Part shown: in pieces, positions 36,837-48,525 of the stretch
How positions within the stretch are numbered: the first letter of the stretch is position 1
Layout of the letters: each line of letters opens with the position of its first letter
From: Profundibacter sp.
Lineage (GTDB): Bacteria > Pseudomonadota > Alphaproteobacteria > Rhodobacterales > Rhodobacteraceae
Direction: 5' to 3'
Assembly (NCBI RefSeq): GCF_965277155.1
Contig: NZ_CBDIBV010000007.1
Coordinates: 37,305 to 101,304, forward strand
DNA: 64,000 nucleotides
The notes under the pieces: generated by a model
Database searches by the model: none
What the model was told of the DNA's origin: nothing
The model's input: the letters and a program-made list of their open reading frames with translations, nothing else
Translations under genes and position numbers: made by a program

Positions 36837-36928
36837 GCACCAATTCCGCCAACCCCTGCAGTTTTACCTACAGACATCCTGCGACGATCCTCGATATTCC
36901 GGCTTCCTCGACGTCCCTGCCACTTCAT
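36837..36928 (-). pseudogene. 5' fragment (~31 codons) of a YpfJ-like neutral zinc metallopeptidase gene
   Basis: The minus strand from the ATG at 36928 reads MKWQGRRGSRNIEDRRRMSVGKTAGVGGIG and then runs into the IS end. The E. coli YpfJ N-terminus as I recall it is MRWQGRRESDNVEDRR. Confidence 0.5.
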
Positions 36929-37048
36929 AGCACTCTCCACATACAGTTTCTCCGCCAGAATAACGGATGATTTACGCCTCGCAATAGCAGATATGCTTGA
37001 CCTCGCGGCCCTGTCATGGTGGATGGACTGAAAACGGGCACAAAAACA

Positions 37049-37627
37049 ATGATCAGGCGACTATACAACTGGACTTTGGCACTGGCCGACAGCCCCTATG
37101 CGCTGTGGGCGCTGGCGTTCGTGGCGTTTCTGGAAAGCTCGGTCTTTCCGATCCCGCCCGATATTATCATGATCCCGATGATCCTTGCCCGCCCCAGCCG
37201 CGCCTTTCTGATTGCCGGTGTGGCGCTGGTGGCCTCGGTGACTGGAGCCTTGCTGGGCTATTATATCGGTGCCAGCCTGTTTGACGTGGTCGGCAAACCG
37301 ATGCTTGAATTTTATGGCAAAACGGACGCGGCCGAACAATTTAACCAGCGTTTCCAAGATTGGGGCGCATGGGCGGTGCTGATCGCGGGTGTAACGCCAT
37401 TTCCATTCAAGGTGATCACCATCATGTCCGGCTGGACGGGGCTGAACCTTGGGGTTTTCATCGTCTCGTCCATCATCGCACGGGGCTTGCGGTTCTTTAT
37501 TGTCGCGGCCCTTTTATGGAAATTCGGCGCACCAATTCGTGACTTTATCGAAAAACGGCTTGGCCTTATGTTCACGTTGTTTATCCTGCTGCTGTTGGGC
37601 GGCTTCTATCTGGTGAAATACATATGA
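37049..37627 (+). CDS. DedA/YqaA-family membrane protein
   Basis: 192 aa from MIRRLYNW, with the FLESSVFPIPPD motif. Confidence 0.85.
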   Translation: MIRRLYNWTLALADSPYALWALAFVAFLESSVFPIPPDIIMIPMILARPSRAFLIAGVALVASVTGALLGYYIGASLFDVVGKPMLEFYGKTDAAEQFNQRFQDWGAWAVLIAGVTPFPFKVITIMSGWTGLNLGVFIVSSIIARGLRFFIVAALLWKFGAPIRDFIEKRLGLMFTLFILLLLGGFYLVKYI

Positions 37628-38082
37628 CACGCAATAATCTGATTATCGTCGCCGCTGGCGGCTCTCTGGCCCTGTTACTCGGGGCCTTTGCCTTTCAATA
37701 TATCGGTGGCATGGCGCCCTGCAAACTGTGCATCTGGCAACGCTGGCCGCACGGGGTGGCGGTTGCGGCTGGCCTGCTGGCGCTGATGATGCGCGGCAAG
37801 TTCTGGCCATTGGTCGGGATGCTGGGCGCGGCAACCACAGGGGCAATTGGCATCTACCATACAGGGGTAGAGCGTAACTGGTGGGAAGGACCGACGTCCT
37901 GCACGTCCTCTGGCACATCGGGCATGTCTGCCGACGATCTGCTGGAACAGATTATGGCCGCCCCCCTGATCCGCTGTGACGAAGTGCCGTGGGAAATGTT
38001 CACCCTGTCGATGGCCACATGGAACGCGATTATTTCCTTCGGTTTGGCCGCGATCTGGCTGATGGCATGGAAACGCAGCTAG
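37624..38082 (+). CDS. dsbB: disulfide bond formation protein B family
   Basis: 152 aa, 4 TM, with the CKLCIWQRWPH (CxxC) motif and a second Cys pair in the large loop. Confidence 0.8.
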   Translation: MTRNNLIIVAAGGSLALLLGAFAFQYIGGMAPCKLCIWQRWPHGVAVAAGLLALMMRGKFWPLVGMLGAATTGAIGIYHTGVERNWWEGPTSCTSSGTSGMSADDLLEQIMAAPLIRCDEVPWEMFTLSMATWNAIISFGLAAIWLMAWKRS

Positions 38083-38132
38083 GCGCAAACCTCTATTAAA
38101 TATCACTAATCTGCCTTGGCTGCGGTTCAATC

Positions 38133-38166
38133 AACATATCCATTAAACCGGTTTAATGGATATGTT
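38133..38166. terminator. 34-bp perfect AT-rich palindrome AACATATCCATTAAACCGGTTTAATGGATATGTT between convergent dsbB and RES toxin
   Basis: Read directly; the reverse complement is identical. Confidence 0.5.
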
Positions 38167-38175
38167 AGCATTGCA

Positions 38176-38853
38176 TTATTCCACCGAAATCACCGGCACC
38201 GGATCACCCTCCCAAGTGAACCTGTATGTCGGTCCTTTGCGCACATTCCCCACCATCGCGGGGCGGAAACAGGCGATACAATCGCCCTTCGTGCGCACCG
38301 ATGGATACAACACCCCCGCCGACCCATCTGCCAGTAGATGTTCCGCCAGGGTTTGCGAGGCCACATAGCTGTCCGCTCTCAGGCAATCGGCAAAATCACC
38401 CTGCCTGCGAATATCGTGAAAATCCCCGCCGAAATCGGCCAGATAATCGTCATAGGTGACGCTTTGCTGCCACCAGTTCACCTCAGCCAGTTCCAGCGCC
38501 TTGTGAAATGCCACTTCGGCTTGCGAGGTCTCAACCTCGAACCCCGCATACCACGCGCCACGATCCGGCTCGTTGAACCGCGCGCCGGTGGGGGCCGCAT
38601 GGCAAAAGGCGGCATTCACCATCCGGTAATGCGGCACCCCGAACACCAGTTCGTCAATGCCGATGCCGGGCAGCAAATTATTCTCTGCCATCAAACGATC
38701 GTTTGTTGCGTGGTCCAGATCGAAAATATCGGCCAGATGCCCGTCATCATCGGCAATCCGCGCCAGCACGCTATCGCCCCCCTCGCTATACTTCGAGGGC
38801 ACAAGATGATGCGTGTCCAGCTGGCGCAGGGTGGTCAGCGGCGGCAGCTTCAC
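38176..38853 (-). CDS. RES-domain toxin (ParT/MbcT-like NAD+-targeting family)
   Basis: 225 aa with ..GARFNEPDRGAWYAG..E.. and ..GVLYPSVR.. (the R-E-S signature residues in context). Confidence 0.85.
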   Translation of the reverse strand: MKLPPLTTLRQLDTHHLVPSKYSEGGDSVLARIADDDGHLADIFDLDHATNDRLMAENNLLPGIGIDELVFGVPHYRMVNAAFCHAAPTGARFNEPDRGAWYAGFEVETSQAEVAFHKALELAEVNWWQQSVTYDDYLADFGGDFHDIRRQGDFADCLRADSYVASQTLAEHLLADGSAGVLYPSVRTKGDCIACFRPAMVGNVRKGPTYRFTWEGDPVPVISVE

Positions 38854-39287
38854 CGCCCGCCCCGCCGGGCATCCAGCAGGCGGCGTACGGTTTGAAACGC
38901 AGGCTGGCCACCGCGCAGCATGTAATCAAGCGGTGCTTTGCCCCCGAAAATCCGGTTGCTGTTGGGCAGGGTGATCCACCTGTCGGCAAGATCTTGATCA
39001 TAAAGGACATTAAGCGCCTTGAAGATGCCGACCAGATAGGAAATCCGCCTGATCCGGTCCTCGTCCAGCCGTTTGCCGCTACCTTTTTTCAGCGTATAGA
39101 ACGCCCCGTTCGACATGCCGCCCAACAGCGCCTTGGCCTGCGTATCATTGATTTTCCAGGCCTCCATGATGTTGAAAAATGCCCGCACCGCACCATCCGA
39201 CAGCCGCTCGCGCGTGTCGCGATCCGTCAAGTCGATCAGCGGGGCGTCTGTGTATTTGGGTTCTGGGGCGACAAGGGTCAGTGCCAT
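38850..39287 (-). CDS. Xre-like/DUF2384 antitoxin (ParS/MbcA-like)
   Basis: 145 aa from MALTLVAPE, preceded by GGAG. C-terminal GGKAPLDYMLRGG block. 4-nt overlap with the toxin gene. Confidence 0.8.
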   Translation of the reverse strand: MALTLVAPEPKYTDAPLIDLTDRDTRERLSDGAVRAFFNIMEAWKINDTQAKALLGGMSNGAFYTLKKGSGKRLDEDRIRRISYLVGIFKALNVLYDQDLADRWITLPNSNRIFGGKAPLDYMLRGGQPAFQTVRRLLDARRGGR

Positions 39288-39311
39288 TTGCGATACTCCT
39301 GTATTGAAGTA

Positions 39312-39340
39312 TATATAACTCCATATCTGTAGTATTTCAA
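39312..39340 (-). promoter_or_regulatory. sigma70-like promoter of the antitoxin-toxin operon
   Basis: On the minus strand: TTGAAA (39340-39335), a 17-nt spacer and TATATA (39317-39312). The flanking TTGAA(G/A)TA inverted repeats are a possible autoregulatory operator. Confidence 0.5.
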
Positions 39341-39795
39341 CCCTTCCCTCCGCGCGTGGACAACAGCAGGTTGGTTTCACTGCGCATCACCCCGTCAATC
39401 CGGCGGATAGCGAATAGCACCTTGTCCAGCTCCTCAAGCGTGTCGGTGCCGATTTCAGCGATCAAATCCCATTTGCCATTGGTTGAATGAACCGCCTGCA
39501 CCGCCGCGATCCCCAGCAGGCGGTGCATGATCTTTTCCGCCCCGCGCCCCTCGATCCCCAGCATCATCATGCCACGCACGGGGGCATGGGCAATGTCGCT
39601 TTTCAGACGCAGGGTGAACCCCAGAATTTCACCCCGCTTGATCAGGCGTTCAATCCGGCTGCGCACAGTGGTGCGCGACAGGCCCAGTTCCGCTGCCAGA
39701 CTGGACAGCGGCGCGCGGGAATCGCGGCGCAGGGTGGCAATCAGCTTTTGATCAGTATCATCCATATCGGAACCTTTAGCATCCATATTGACCAT
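39337..39795 (-). CDS. Lrp/AsnC-family transcriptional regulator
   Basis: HTH block DQKLIATLRRDSRAPLSSLAAELGLSRTTVRSRIERL plus a RAM domain. The start is ambiguous (39795, 39786 or 39765). Confidence 0.8.
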   Translation of the reverse strand: MVNMDAKGSDMDDTDQKLIATLRRDSRAPLSSLAAELGLSRTTVRSRIERLIKRGEILGFTLRLKSDIAHAPVRGMMMLGIEGRGAEKIMHRLLGIAAVQAVHSTNGKWDLIAEIGTDTLEELDKVLFAIRRIDGVMRSETNLLLSTRGGKG

Positions 39796-39884
39796 TCTTC
39801 CTCCGATATAGCCGTTTTGCCTCCTTTGAGCCAGCCTATTTATCAAATTACACATAGGAACAGCGACAGAACAGGTTTTACAAC

Positions 39885-40799
39885 ATGCGAAATATCACCC
39901 TGATCGGGGCGCCCGTGGACAGCGGCAAGCGCCGCCGCGGCTGCCTGATGGGACCGGATGCCATGCGCACCGCCGGTCTGGAACAGGCCATCACCGGCCT
40001 TGGCCACAGTGTCACCGACATCGGCAATCTAACCCCTGCCCCCGTGGACATTCCCGAGGATGGCAAAAGCCACGCCCTGGCCGAAACCGTGGGCTGGACC
40101 CAAACCCTGATGCAGGCCGCGCAGGCGGCCATGCGCGACAGTCTCCCGATCTTCCTTGGCGGCGATCATGCGCTGGCACTTGGCACGGTGGCCGGTGTCG
40201 CCGCCTATGCTGCCGAAGTGAATCGCCCGCAGTTTGTGCTGTGGCTGGATGCCCACAGCGATTTCCACACGCCACAAACCACCGCCAGCGGCAATCTGCA
40301 TGGCACGCCCTTGGGCTATGTCACCGGCTTGCCGGATTTTGACGCCTTCCCCCCGCTACCTGCTGTGGTGCCGATGAACAACCTCTGCCTTATCGGCCTG
40401 CGCTCGGTCGATCCGGCAGAACAGGCAGCGCTGGTGGAAAACAACATCCGCAGTGTCGATATGCGTGCCATTGACGAGGGCGGCATCAAACGCCCGCTCG
40501 AAGCGTTTCTGGACGATGTTTCCCGCGCCAACGGATTGCTGCATGTGTCTTTGGACGTAGACTTCCTTGATCCAGCCATCGCGCCCGCCGTTGGCACCAC
40601 CGTTCCGGGCGGCGCCACCTTTCGCGAGGCCCATCTGGTGATGGAAATGCTGCACGACAGCGGGCTGGTGACATCGCTGGACCTTGTTGAACTGAACCCC
40701 TTTCTGGACGATCGCGGCAAAACCGCAAAACTGATGGTGGACCTGACGGCCTCCCTGCTTGGCCGCCGCGTCTTTGACCGCCCCACACGGAGTTACTGA
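39885..40799 (+). CDS. rocF: arginase
   Basis: 304 aa with GGDHALALG, LDAHSDFHTP, NLHG and SLDVDFLDP metal-binding motifs. Confidence 0.9.
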   Translation: MRNITLIGAPVDSGKRRRGCLMGPDAMRTAGLEQAITGLGHSVTDIGNLTPAPVDIPEDGKSHALAETVGWTQTLMQAAQAAMRDSLPIFLGGDHALALGTVAGVAAYAAEVNRPQFVLWLDAHSDFHTPQTTASGNLHGTPLGYVTGLPDFDAFPPLPAVVPMNNLCLIGLRSVDPAEQAALVENNIRSVDMRAIDEGGIKRPLEAFLDDVSRANGLLHVSLDVDFLDPAIAPAVGTTVPGGATFREAHLVMEMLHDSGLVTSLDLVELNPFLDDRGKTAKLMVDLTASLLGRRVFDRPTRSY

Positions 40800-41572
40800 A
40801 CATGACCATTCCCGCCCCCTCGAAACTGGCCTATGTGCCGTTTGTATCGGTCGACAACATGATGAAGCTGGTGCATCACATCGGCATTGAACAGGTGCTG
40901 GCCGATCTGGCACGCTATATTCAGGATGATTTCGCCCGCTGGGAATTGTTCGACAAAACCCCGCGCGTGGCGTCCCATTCGACCGAAGGCGTGATCGAAC
41001 TGATGCCCACCTCGGATGGGCAGGTTTACGGGTTCAAATACGTTAACGGCCACCCCTCCAACATGAAGAAAGGCCTGCAAACCGTTACTGCGTTTGGGCT
41101 TTTGGCGGATGTGGCCAGTGGTTATCCGGTGATGCTATCGGAAATGACCATCCTGACGGCGCTGCGCACAGCGGCGACATCGGCGATGGTGGCGAAACAT
41201 CTGGCGCCCAAGGGCGCGAAAACCCTTGCGATGATCGGCAACGGCGCGCAAAGCGAATTTCAGGCGCTGGCGATGAAAACCGTCTGCGGCATCGAAAACC
41301 TGCGACTGTACGATATAGATCCCGCCGCCACCGCCAAATGCAAGGCCAATCTGGCCGATAGCGGGCTGAATATCACCGCCTGCCCCAGCCCCGAAGCGGC
41401 AATTGAAGGCGCGCAGATCATCACCACCTGCACCGCCGACAAACAATACGCCACCATCCTGACCGACAATATGGTCGGGGCCGGTGTGCATATCAACGCG
41501 ATTGGCGGCGATTGCCCCGGCAAAACCGAACTGCACCGCGATATCCTGCTACGCAGCGATATATTTGTCGAA

Positions 41573-42289
41573 GGGGCTGACCCAGATAACTACTTCAAGT
41601 AACGCTTAACCCATTGTCTTAGCTGCAATAACTGAGCTGAAGGGTCACTGTTGTTGAAACGCCACTCGCATTCCTTCAAATATAGCCCAAATTGGGCCTT
41701 GGGGACACCGTTAAATCGGCGCATGTGGCGCTTGGCTTGGTTCCAGAAATTCTCGATGCCATTGATGTGGTTGTGACGGTCTGCAAAGAGCTTGGAATGG
41801 TTGATGCGAAAGTGGTGGAAGTCTGACACATCCAGCACATTATAACCGCGCCAACAATCGGAATAGACGATGGAATCCGGCACGACTTTGCGCTCTATGA
41901 TCGGGATCAGAGTGGCGGATTTGGCGTCCGGGATGATCTTGGTGTAAACCTTCCCACCCCTTTTTAATATACCAAAAACGGGAATTTTACCTGCCGCACC
42001 ACGCCCGCGTTTACCTTTGCGTTTGCCGCCAAAGTAGCTTTCGTCCACTTCTATTTCTCCGCCGAACATAGCTTGGCTTTCCGCCTCCAGCTCATAGGCG
42101 ATTATCTCGCGCAGGCGTAGAAAATAAAACGCTGCGGTCTTGCGGTTTACACCACACAAACTGGCTGCTGTTCGTGCTGTCGATCCCGAAACAAAATGCT
42201 CCGTAAGACGGTCTTGCTTGTAGTGGCTCAGGCGACTCTTTCTCATGCTTCCCATCATAACCTCTTTTTAGGTTATCTGGGTCAGCCCC
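41573..42289 (-). mobile_element. IS1595-family element (717 bp) with 8-bp target duplication TTGTCGAA
   Basis: Perfect 18-bp IRs: GGGGCTGACCCAGATAAC at the left end and its reverse complement GTTATCTGGGTCAGCCCC at the right end. The TSD lies at 41565-41572 and 42290-42297. Confidence 0.92.
41590..42258 (-). CDS. IS1595-family (ISXO2-like) transposase, 222 aa
   Basis: Blocks EVDESYFGG.RKG, VYSD.W.GY and INGIENFWNQAKRH. Confidence 0.9.
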   Translation of the reverse strand: MMGSMRKSRLSHYKQDRLTEHFVSGSTARTAASLCGVNRKTAAFYFLRLREIIAYELEAESQAMFGGEIEVDESYFGGKRKGKRGRGAAGKIPVFGILKRGGKVYTKIIPDAKSATLIPIIERKVVPDSIVYSDCWRGYNVLDVSDFHHFRINHSKLFADRHNHINGIENFWNQAKRHMRRFNGVPKAQFGLYLKECEWRFNNSDPSAQLLQLRQWVKRYLK

Positions 42290-42582
42290 TTGTCGAATTC
42301 CCCGAACAAACCCGGATCGAGGGCGAAATCCAGCAGTTGGACCCCGATCACCCCGTGACCGAGATCTGGCAAGTGATCAACGGCACCGCCAAGGGCCGCA
42401 CGTCTGATCGGCAAATCACCCTGTTTGACGGCGTCGGTTTCGCGATCGAGGATTTTTCCGCCCTGCGCTATGTGCACGACCAGTTGCAGGATGGTAATTT
42501 CTATCAGGATCTGGATATGGTCGCCGATCCCGATGATCCGCGTGATCTGTTCGGCATGTTGCAGCGGGCCAAAAGGTAAACC

Positions 42583-42656
42583 GCCGCTCATCAGCCCTTG
42601 CGGGCTTCTTCGCTGCCCAGCGAAGAAAGCCGTCAGGCTTGATGAGCGGCCATTTT
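42583..42656 (+). terminator. long imperfect hairpin directly after ocd stop
   Basis: GCCGCTCATCAGCC..GCTTCTTCGCTG-ccc-CAGCGAAGAAAGC..GGCTTGATGAGCGGC followed by CATTTTC. The U-tract is weak. Confidence 0.4.
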
Positions 42657-42753
42657 CAGCGAAAAAATCCGCATCCCCATTGCACACAACATGTGCCATC
42701 CTGTATAGTCAAAGCAACAAAATACAGCTTCAGGCGAACAGGCGGAAATCCAC

Positions 42754-45483
<2,730 letters not shown>

Positions 45484-45563
45484 ACTCTTTCATTATCGTT
45501 CCCTAAATATCCCGGGGGTGCGGGGGCTGGCCCCCGCTTCTGCCCGACACAAAAGGCATAGAT

Positions 45564-46931
45564 ATGACCGATACACTCCACATCATCGGCGGTGGCATGG
45601 CCGGCGCCGAAGCCGCATGGCAAGCCGCGCAAATGGGCGTGCCTGTGGTGATCCACGAAATGCGGCCTAAGGTAAAAACCTTTGCCCACCGCACCGGCAA
45701 TCTGGGGGAAATGGTTTGCTCCAATTCTTTCCGCTCGGACGATGACGAGGCAAACGCGGTCGGCCTGCTGCATTGGGAAATGCGCACAGCGGATGGCATC
45801 ATCATCACCAGCGCCGATCAACACGCCCTGCCCGCCGGCTCTGCCCTTGCGGTGGACCGCGACCCGTTCAGCGAAACCATCACCAAACGCCTGCTGGACC
45901 ATCCGCTGATCACCCTTGATGGCAACGAGATCACCGAACTGCCGATCGATGGCAACTGGATCATCGCCACCGGCCCGCTGACCTCATCCGCCCTTGGCCA
46001 ATCCATCGCCGCCCACACCGGCGCTGATGCGCTGGCATTTTTTGACGCCATTGCGCCGATTGTCTATGCCGAAAGCATCGATATGGACACCTGCTGGATG
46101 CAGTCGCGTTACGACAAAGGCGACACCGAGGAAGAGCGCAAAGCCTATCTGAACTGCCCGATGGACAAACCCCAGTACGAGGCCTTTATCGACGCACTAC
46201 TGGCCGCTGACAAAACCGAATTCCACGAAGGCGAAGCTGGTTCCTCCCCCAACCCCACCCCCTACTTTGACGGTTGTCTGCCGATCGAGGTGATGGCCGA
46301 ACGCGGCCGCGAGACCCTGCGCTTTGGCCCGATGAAACCCGTCGGCCTGACCAACCCGCACCGTCCCGATGACAAACCCTATGCCGTGGTGCAATTGCGC
46401 CGCGATAACGCCTTGGGAACGTTGTATAATATCGTCGGATTCCAGACCAAAATGAAATACGGCGCCCAGACCGAGGTGTTCAAAATGATCCCCGGTCTGG
46501 AAAACGCCAGCTTCGCGCGTCTGGGCGGCATCCACCGCAATACATTTATCAATTCGCCCACCCTGCTGGATCATCAGTTGCGCCTGAAATCCCGCCCCAA
46601 TGTCCGGTTTGCGGGGCAAATCACCGGAGTAGAGGGCTACGTTGAATCCGCCGCAATGGGCCTGCTGGCGGGCCGGATGGCGGCAGGGGAAATACTGGGC
46701 CGCCCCGTGGAAACCCCGCCGCTGGATACCGCGATGGGCGCTTTGGTCAACCACATCACCGGTGGCGCTGCGGCCAAGACGTTCCAGCCGATGAACGTCA
46801 ACTTTGGCCTGTTCCAACCGATTGACGCCAAACACGGACGCAAGAACCGCAAAACCCGTTACAAGGCCTACACCGACCGCGCCAAAGCGGCGTGGCAGCA
46901 ATGGCTGGACGCGCAAAACGCTTCCACCTAA
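45564..46931 (+). CDS. trmFO: methylenetetrahydrofolate--tRNA-(uracil-5-)-methyltransferase
   Basis: 455 aa with [15 protein letters not shown] (FAD binding) and MVCSNSFRS. Confidence 0.93.
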   Translation: MTDTLHIIGGGMAGAEAAWQAAQMGVPVVIHEMRPKVKTFAHRTGNLGEMVCSNSFRSDDDEANAVGLLHWEMRTADGIIITSADQHALPAGSALAVDRDPFSETITKRLLDHPLITLDGNEITELPIDGNWIIATGPLTSSALGQSIAAHTGADALAFFDAIAPIVYAESIDMDTCWMQSRYDKGDTEEERKAYLNCPMDKPQYEAFIDALLAADKTEFHEGEAGSSPNPTPYFDGCLPIEVMAERGRETLRFGPMKPVGLTNPHRPDDKPYAVVQLRRDNALGTLYNIVGFQTKMKYGAQTEVFKMIPGLENASFARLGGIHRNTFINSPTLLDHQLRLKSRPNVRFAGQITGVEGYVESAAMGLLAGRMAAGEILGRPVETPPLDTAMGALVNHITGGAAAKTFQPMNVNFGLFQPIDAKHGRKNRKTRYKAYTDRAKAAWQQWLDAQNAST

Positions 46932-46941
46932 CGTGACGCCC

Positions 46942-47790
46942 ATGCGCACCCGATTTGCCCCTTCCCCGACCGGCCCGCTGCATCTGGGCCACGCCTATTC
47001 CGCAATGCTGGCCTATGACATGACCACCAAGGCGGGCGGTGAATTCCTGCTGCGAATCGAGGACATCGACCAAAGCCGCGCCCGCCCAAAGTGGGAGGCG
47101 CAGATTTATGACAATCTGCACTGGCTGGGGCTGGAGTGGCCGGAACCGGTGATGCGCCAATCAGACCGGATGCCCGCCTATCATAATGCCCTTGCGAAAC
47201 TGGAGGGCATGGGCCTTCTGTATCGCTGCACCTGCAAGCGCCGCGATATCGAAACCGCCGTTTCCGCCCCGCAAGAAGGGGTTGAACCCGCCTATGGGCC
47301 GGACGGGTTGATCTATCCTGGCACATGCCGAAATGCGGGCCACAGGGATAGAAACGCCGCCCTGCGTCTGAATATGGCCAAAGCCTGTGACATGCTGGGA
47401 AATCCGGTGCTGGAGTTTAGCGAAACCGGCCCCGCGCATAAAGGCATCCACCGGATTACCCCTGATGGTCTGATCCACCGCGTTGGCGACATCGTTCTGG
47501 CGCGCCGCGATATGGGAACCTCTTATCATTTGTCCGTGGTGCTGGATGACGCAGCGCAGAAAATCACCAATGTAATTCGGGGTGAGGACCTGTTTAACGC
47601 CACCAAAATCCACGTCCTGCTGCAAACCCTATTAGGCCTGCCCACCCCCACCTATCATCACCACCGCCTGATCCGTGATAACACCGGCAAACGCCTTGCC
47701 AAACGCGACGATGCCCGCGCTATCGCAAAATATCGAGGCGATGGAGCATGCCCTGCGGACATCCGCAAAATGGTCAGTTTGCAAGCCTAG
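46942..47790 (+). CDS. gluQ: tRNA glutamyl-Q(34) synthetase
   Basis: 282 aa from MRTRFAPSPTGPLHLGHAYSA, a truncated GluRS-like catalytic domain with a RLAKRD (KMSKS-like) motif. The track ORF start at 46804 overlaps trmFO. Confidence 0.85.
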   Translation: MRTRFAPSPTGPLHLGHAYSAMLAYDMTTKAGGEFLLRIEDIDQSRARPKWEAQIYDNLHWLGLEWPEPVMRQSDRMPAYHNALAKLEGMGLLYRCTCKRRDIETAVSAPQEGVEPAYGPDGLIYPGTCRNAGHRDRNAALRLNMAKACDMLGNPVLEFSETGPAHKGIHRITPDGLIHRVGDIVLARRDMGTSYHLSVVLDDAAQKITNVIRGEDLFNATKIHVLLQTLLGLPTPTYHHHRLIRDNTGKRLAKRDDARAIAKYRGDGACPADIRKMVSLQA

Positions 47791-48525
47791 TCCAGCGACC
47801 GCCAGGGTTTCGGCAAGAGCACCCAGTGATTATTCACAAAAACCAGCCCGTCAAAGGCCAACCCGCTGGTTTCGCCCTTTTTCACAAACTTGAACCGCAC
47901 AATTGGTACATCGGTTTTGAAATACTGCACCACTTTTCGATAGCCACCAGGAAATTCATCCATAGCCGGATCGCCCGCCGCCAGCTTACCGGTGGTGGTA
48001 TAGACCATATACAGATCATCATGCTCGGGCTTGGGACCAAATTTGATGCCCGGTTTCAAAGCAGCAGCATAGGTTTCAATCATTTTCGAGGCCAGCGGAT
48101 CACTGTAAACCGCACGCACATCTTCGGGCCTGGGCAACAATTCCGCCGTCAGTGCCACAAGATCTTCGTTCGGATCAAAAAACCGCATCAACAGCGCCCG
48201 TGCCTCGGCTTCGCTTCCCGAGGCGGCTTTTCCTGTCTCACCCGAGGCTTTGTCACCTCCGACAAGATCCAGCAGGCTTGCAGTCTGATCCTTGACGCAC
48301 CGTTTTCCTAGATTACGGATAACTGCGTTCAGATTATCCCGGCTCACCGGTCGCACCGCCGATTCCGAGGCTGCAAGATAACCGAATATCCACGCTCCGA
48401 CCTGATCCAGCGTTGCCTCGTCCGCATTGCCGATAATCAGGCTACAGGGTTGGCGCGGATCAAAGCCCTGACCACTGGCAGGTATTGCAGACGCTAACGA
48501 AAGGCTTGCGGAAATGGCAAATATA
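47787..48525 (-). pseudogene. hypothetical secreted protein, 5' end removed by IS insertion (track ORF borrows its first 28 codons from the IS end)
   Basis: The ORF 47787-48611 begins MIRSNQAGQAKNRPPRREEGENGNLQRF, which is encoded by IS sequence 48526-48611. Genomic sequence then follows, starting inside what looks like a signal peptide (PIFAISASLSLASA). Confidence 0.55.

Larger units (their letters stand above)
40802..42579 (+). pseudogene. ocd: ornithine cyclodeaminase split by an IS1595-type insertion (40802-41572 + 42298-42579)
   Basis: Removing the IS and one TSD copy restores ..LLRSDIFVE|FPEQTRIEGEIQQL.. in frame, giving a 350-aa OCD/mu-crystallin protein. Confidence 0.85.

Noticed and set aside
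42583-42650. A shared 9-mer CCTGACGGC between the long hairpin after ocd and the GC-rich repeat family, which might suggest they are related.
   Set aside because: A single 9-mer match is expected by chance in 128 kb of two-strand sequence. No further collinear similarity exists.
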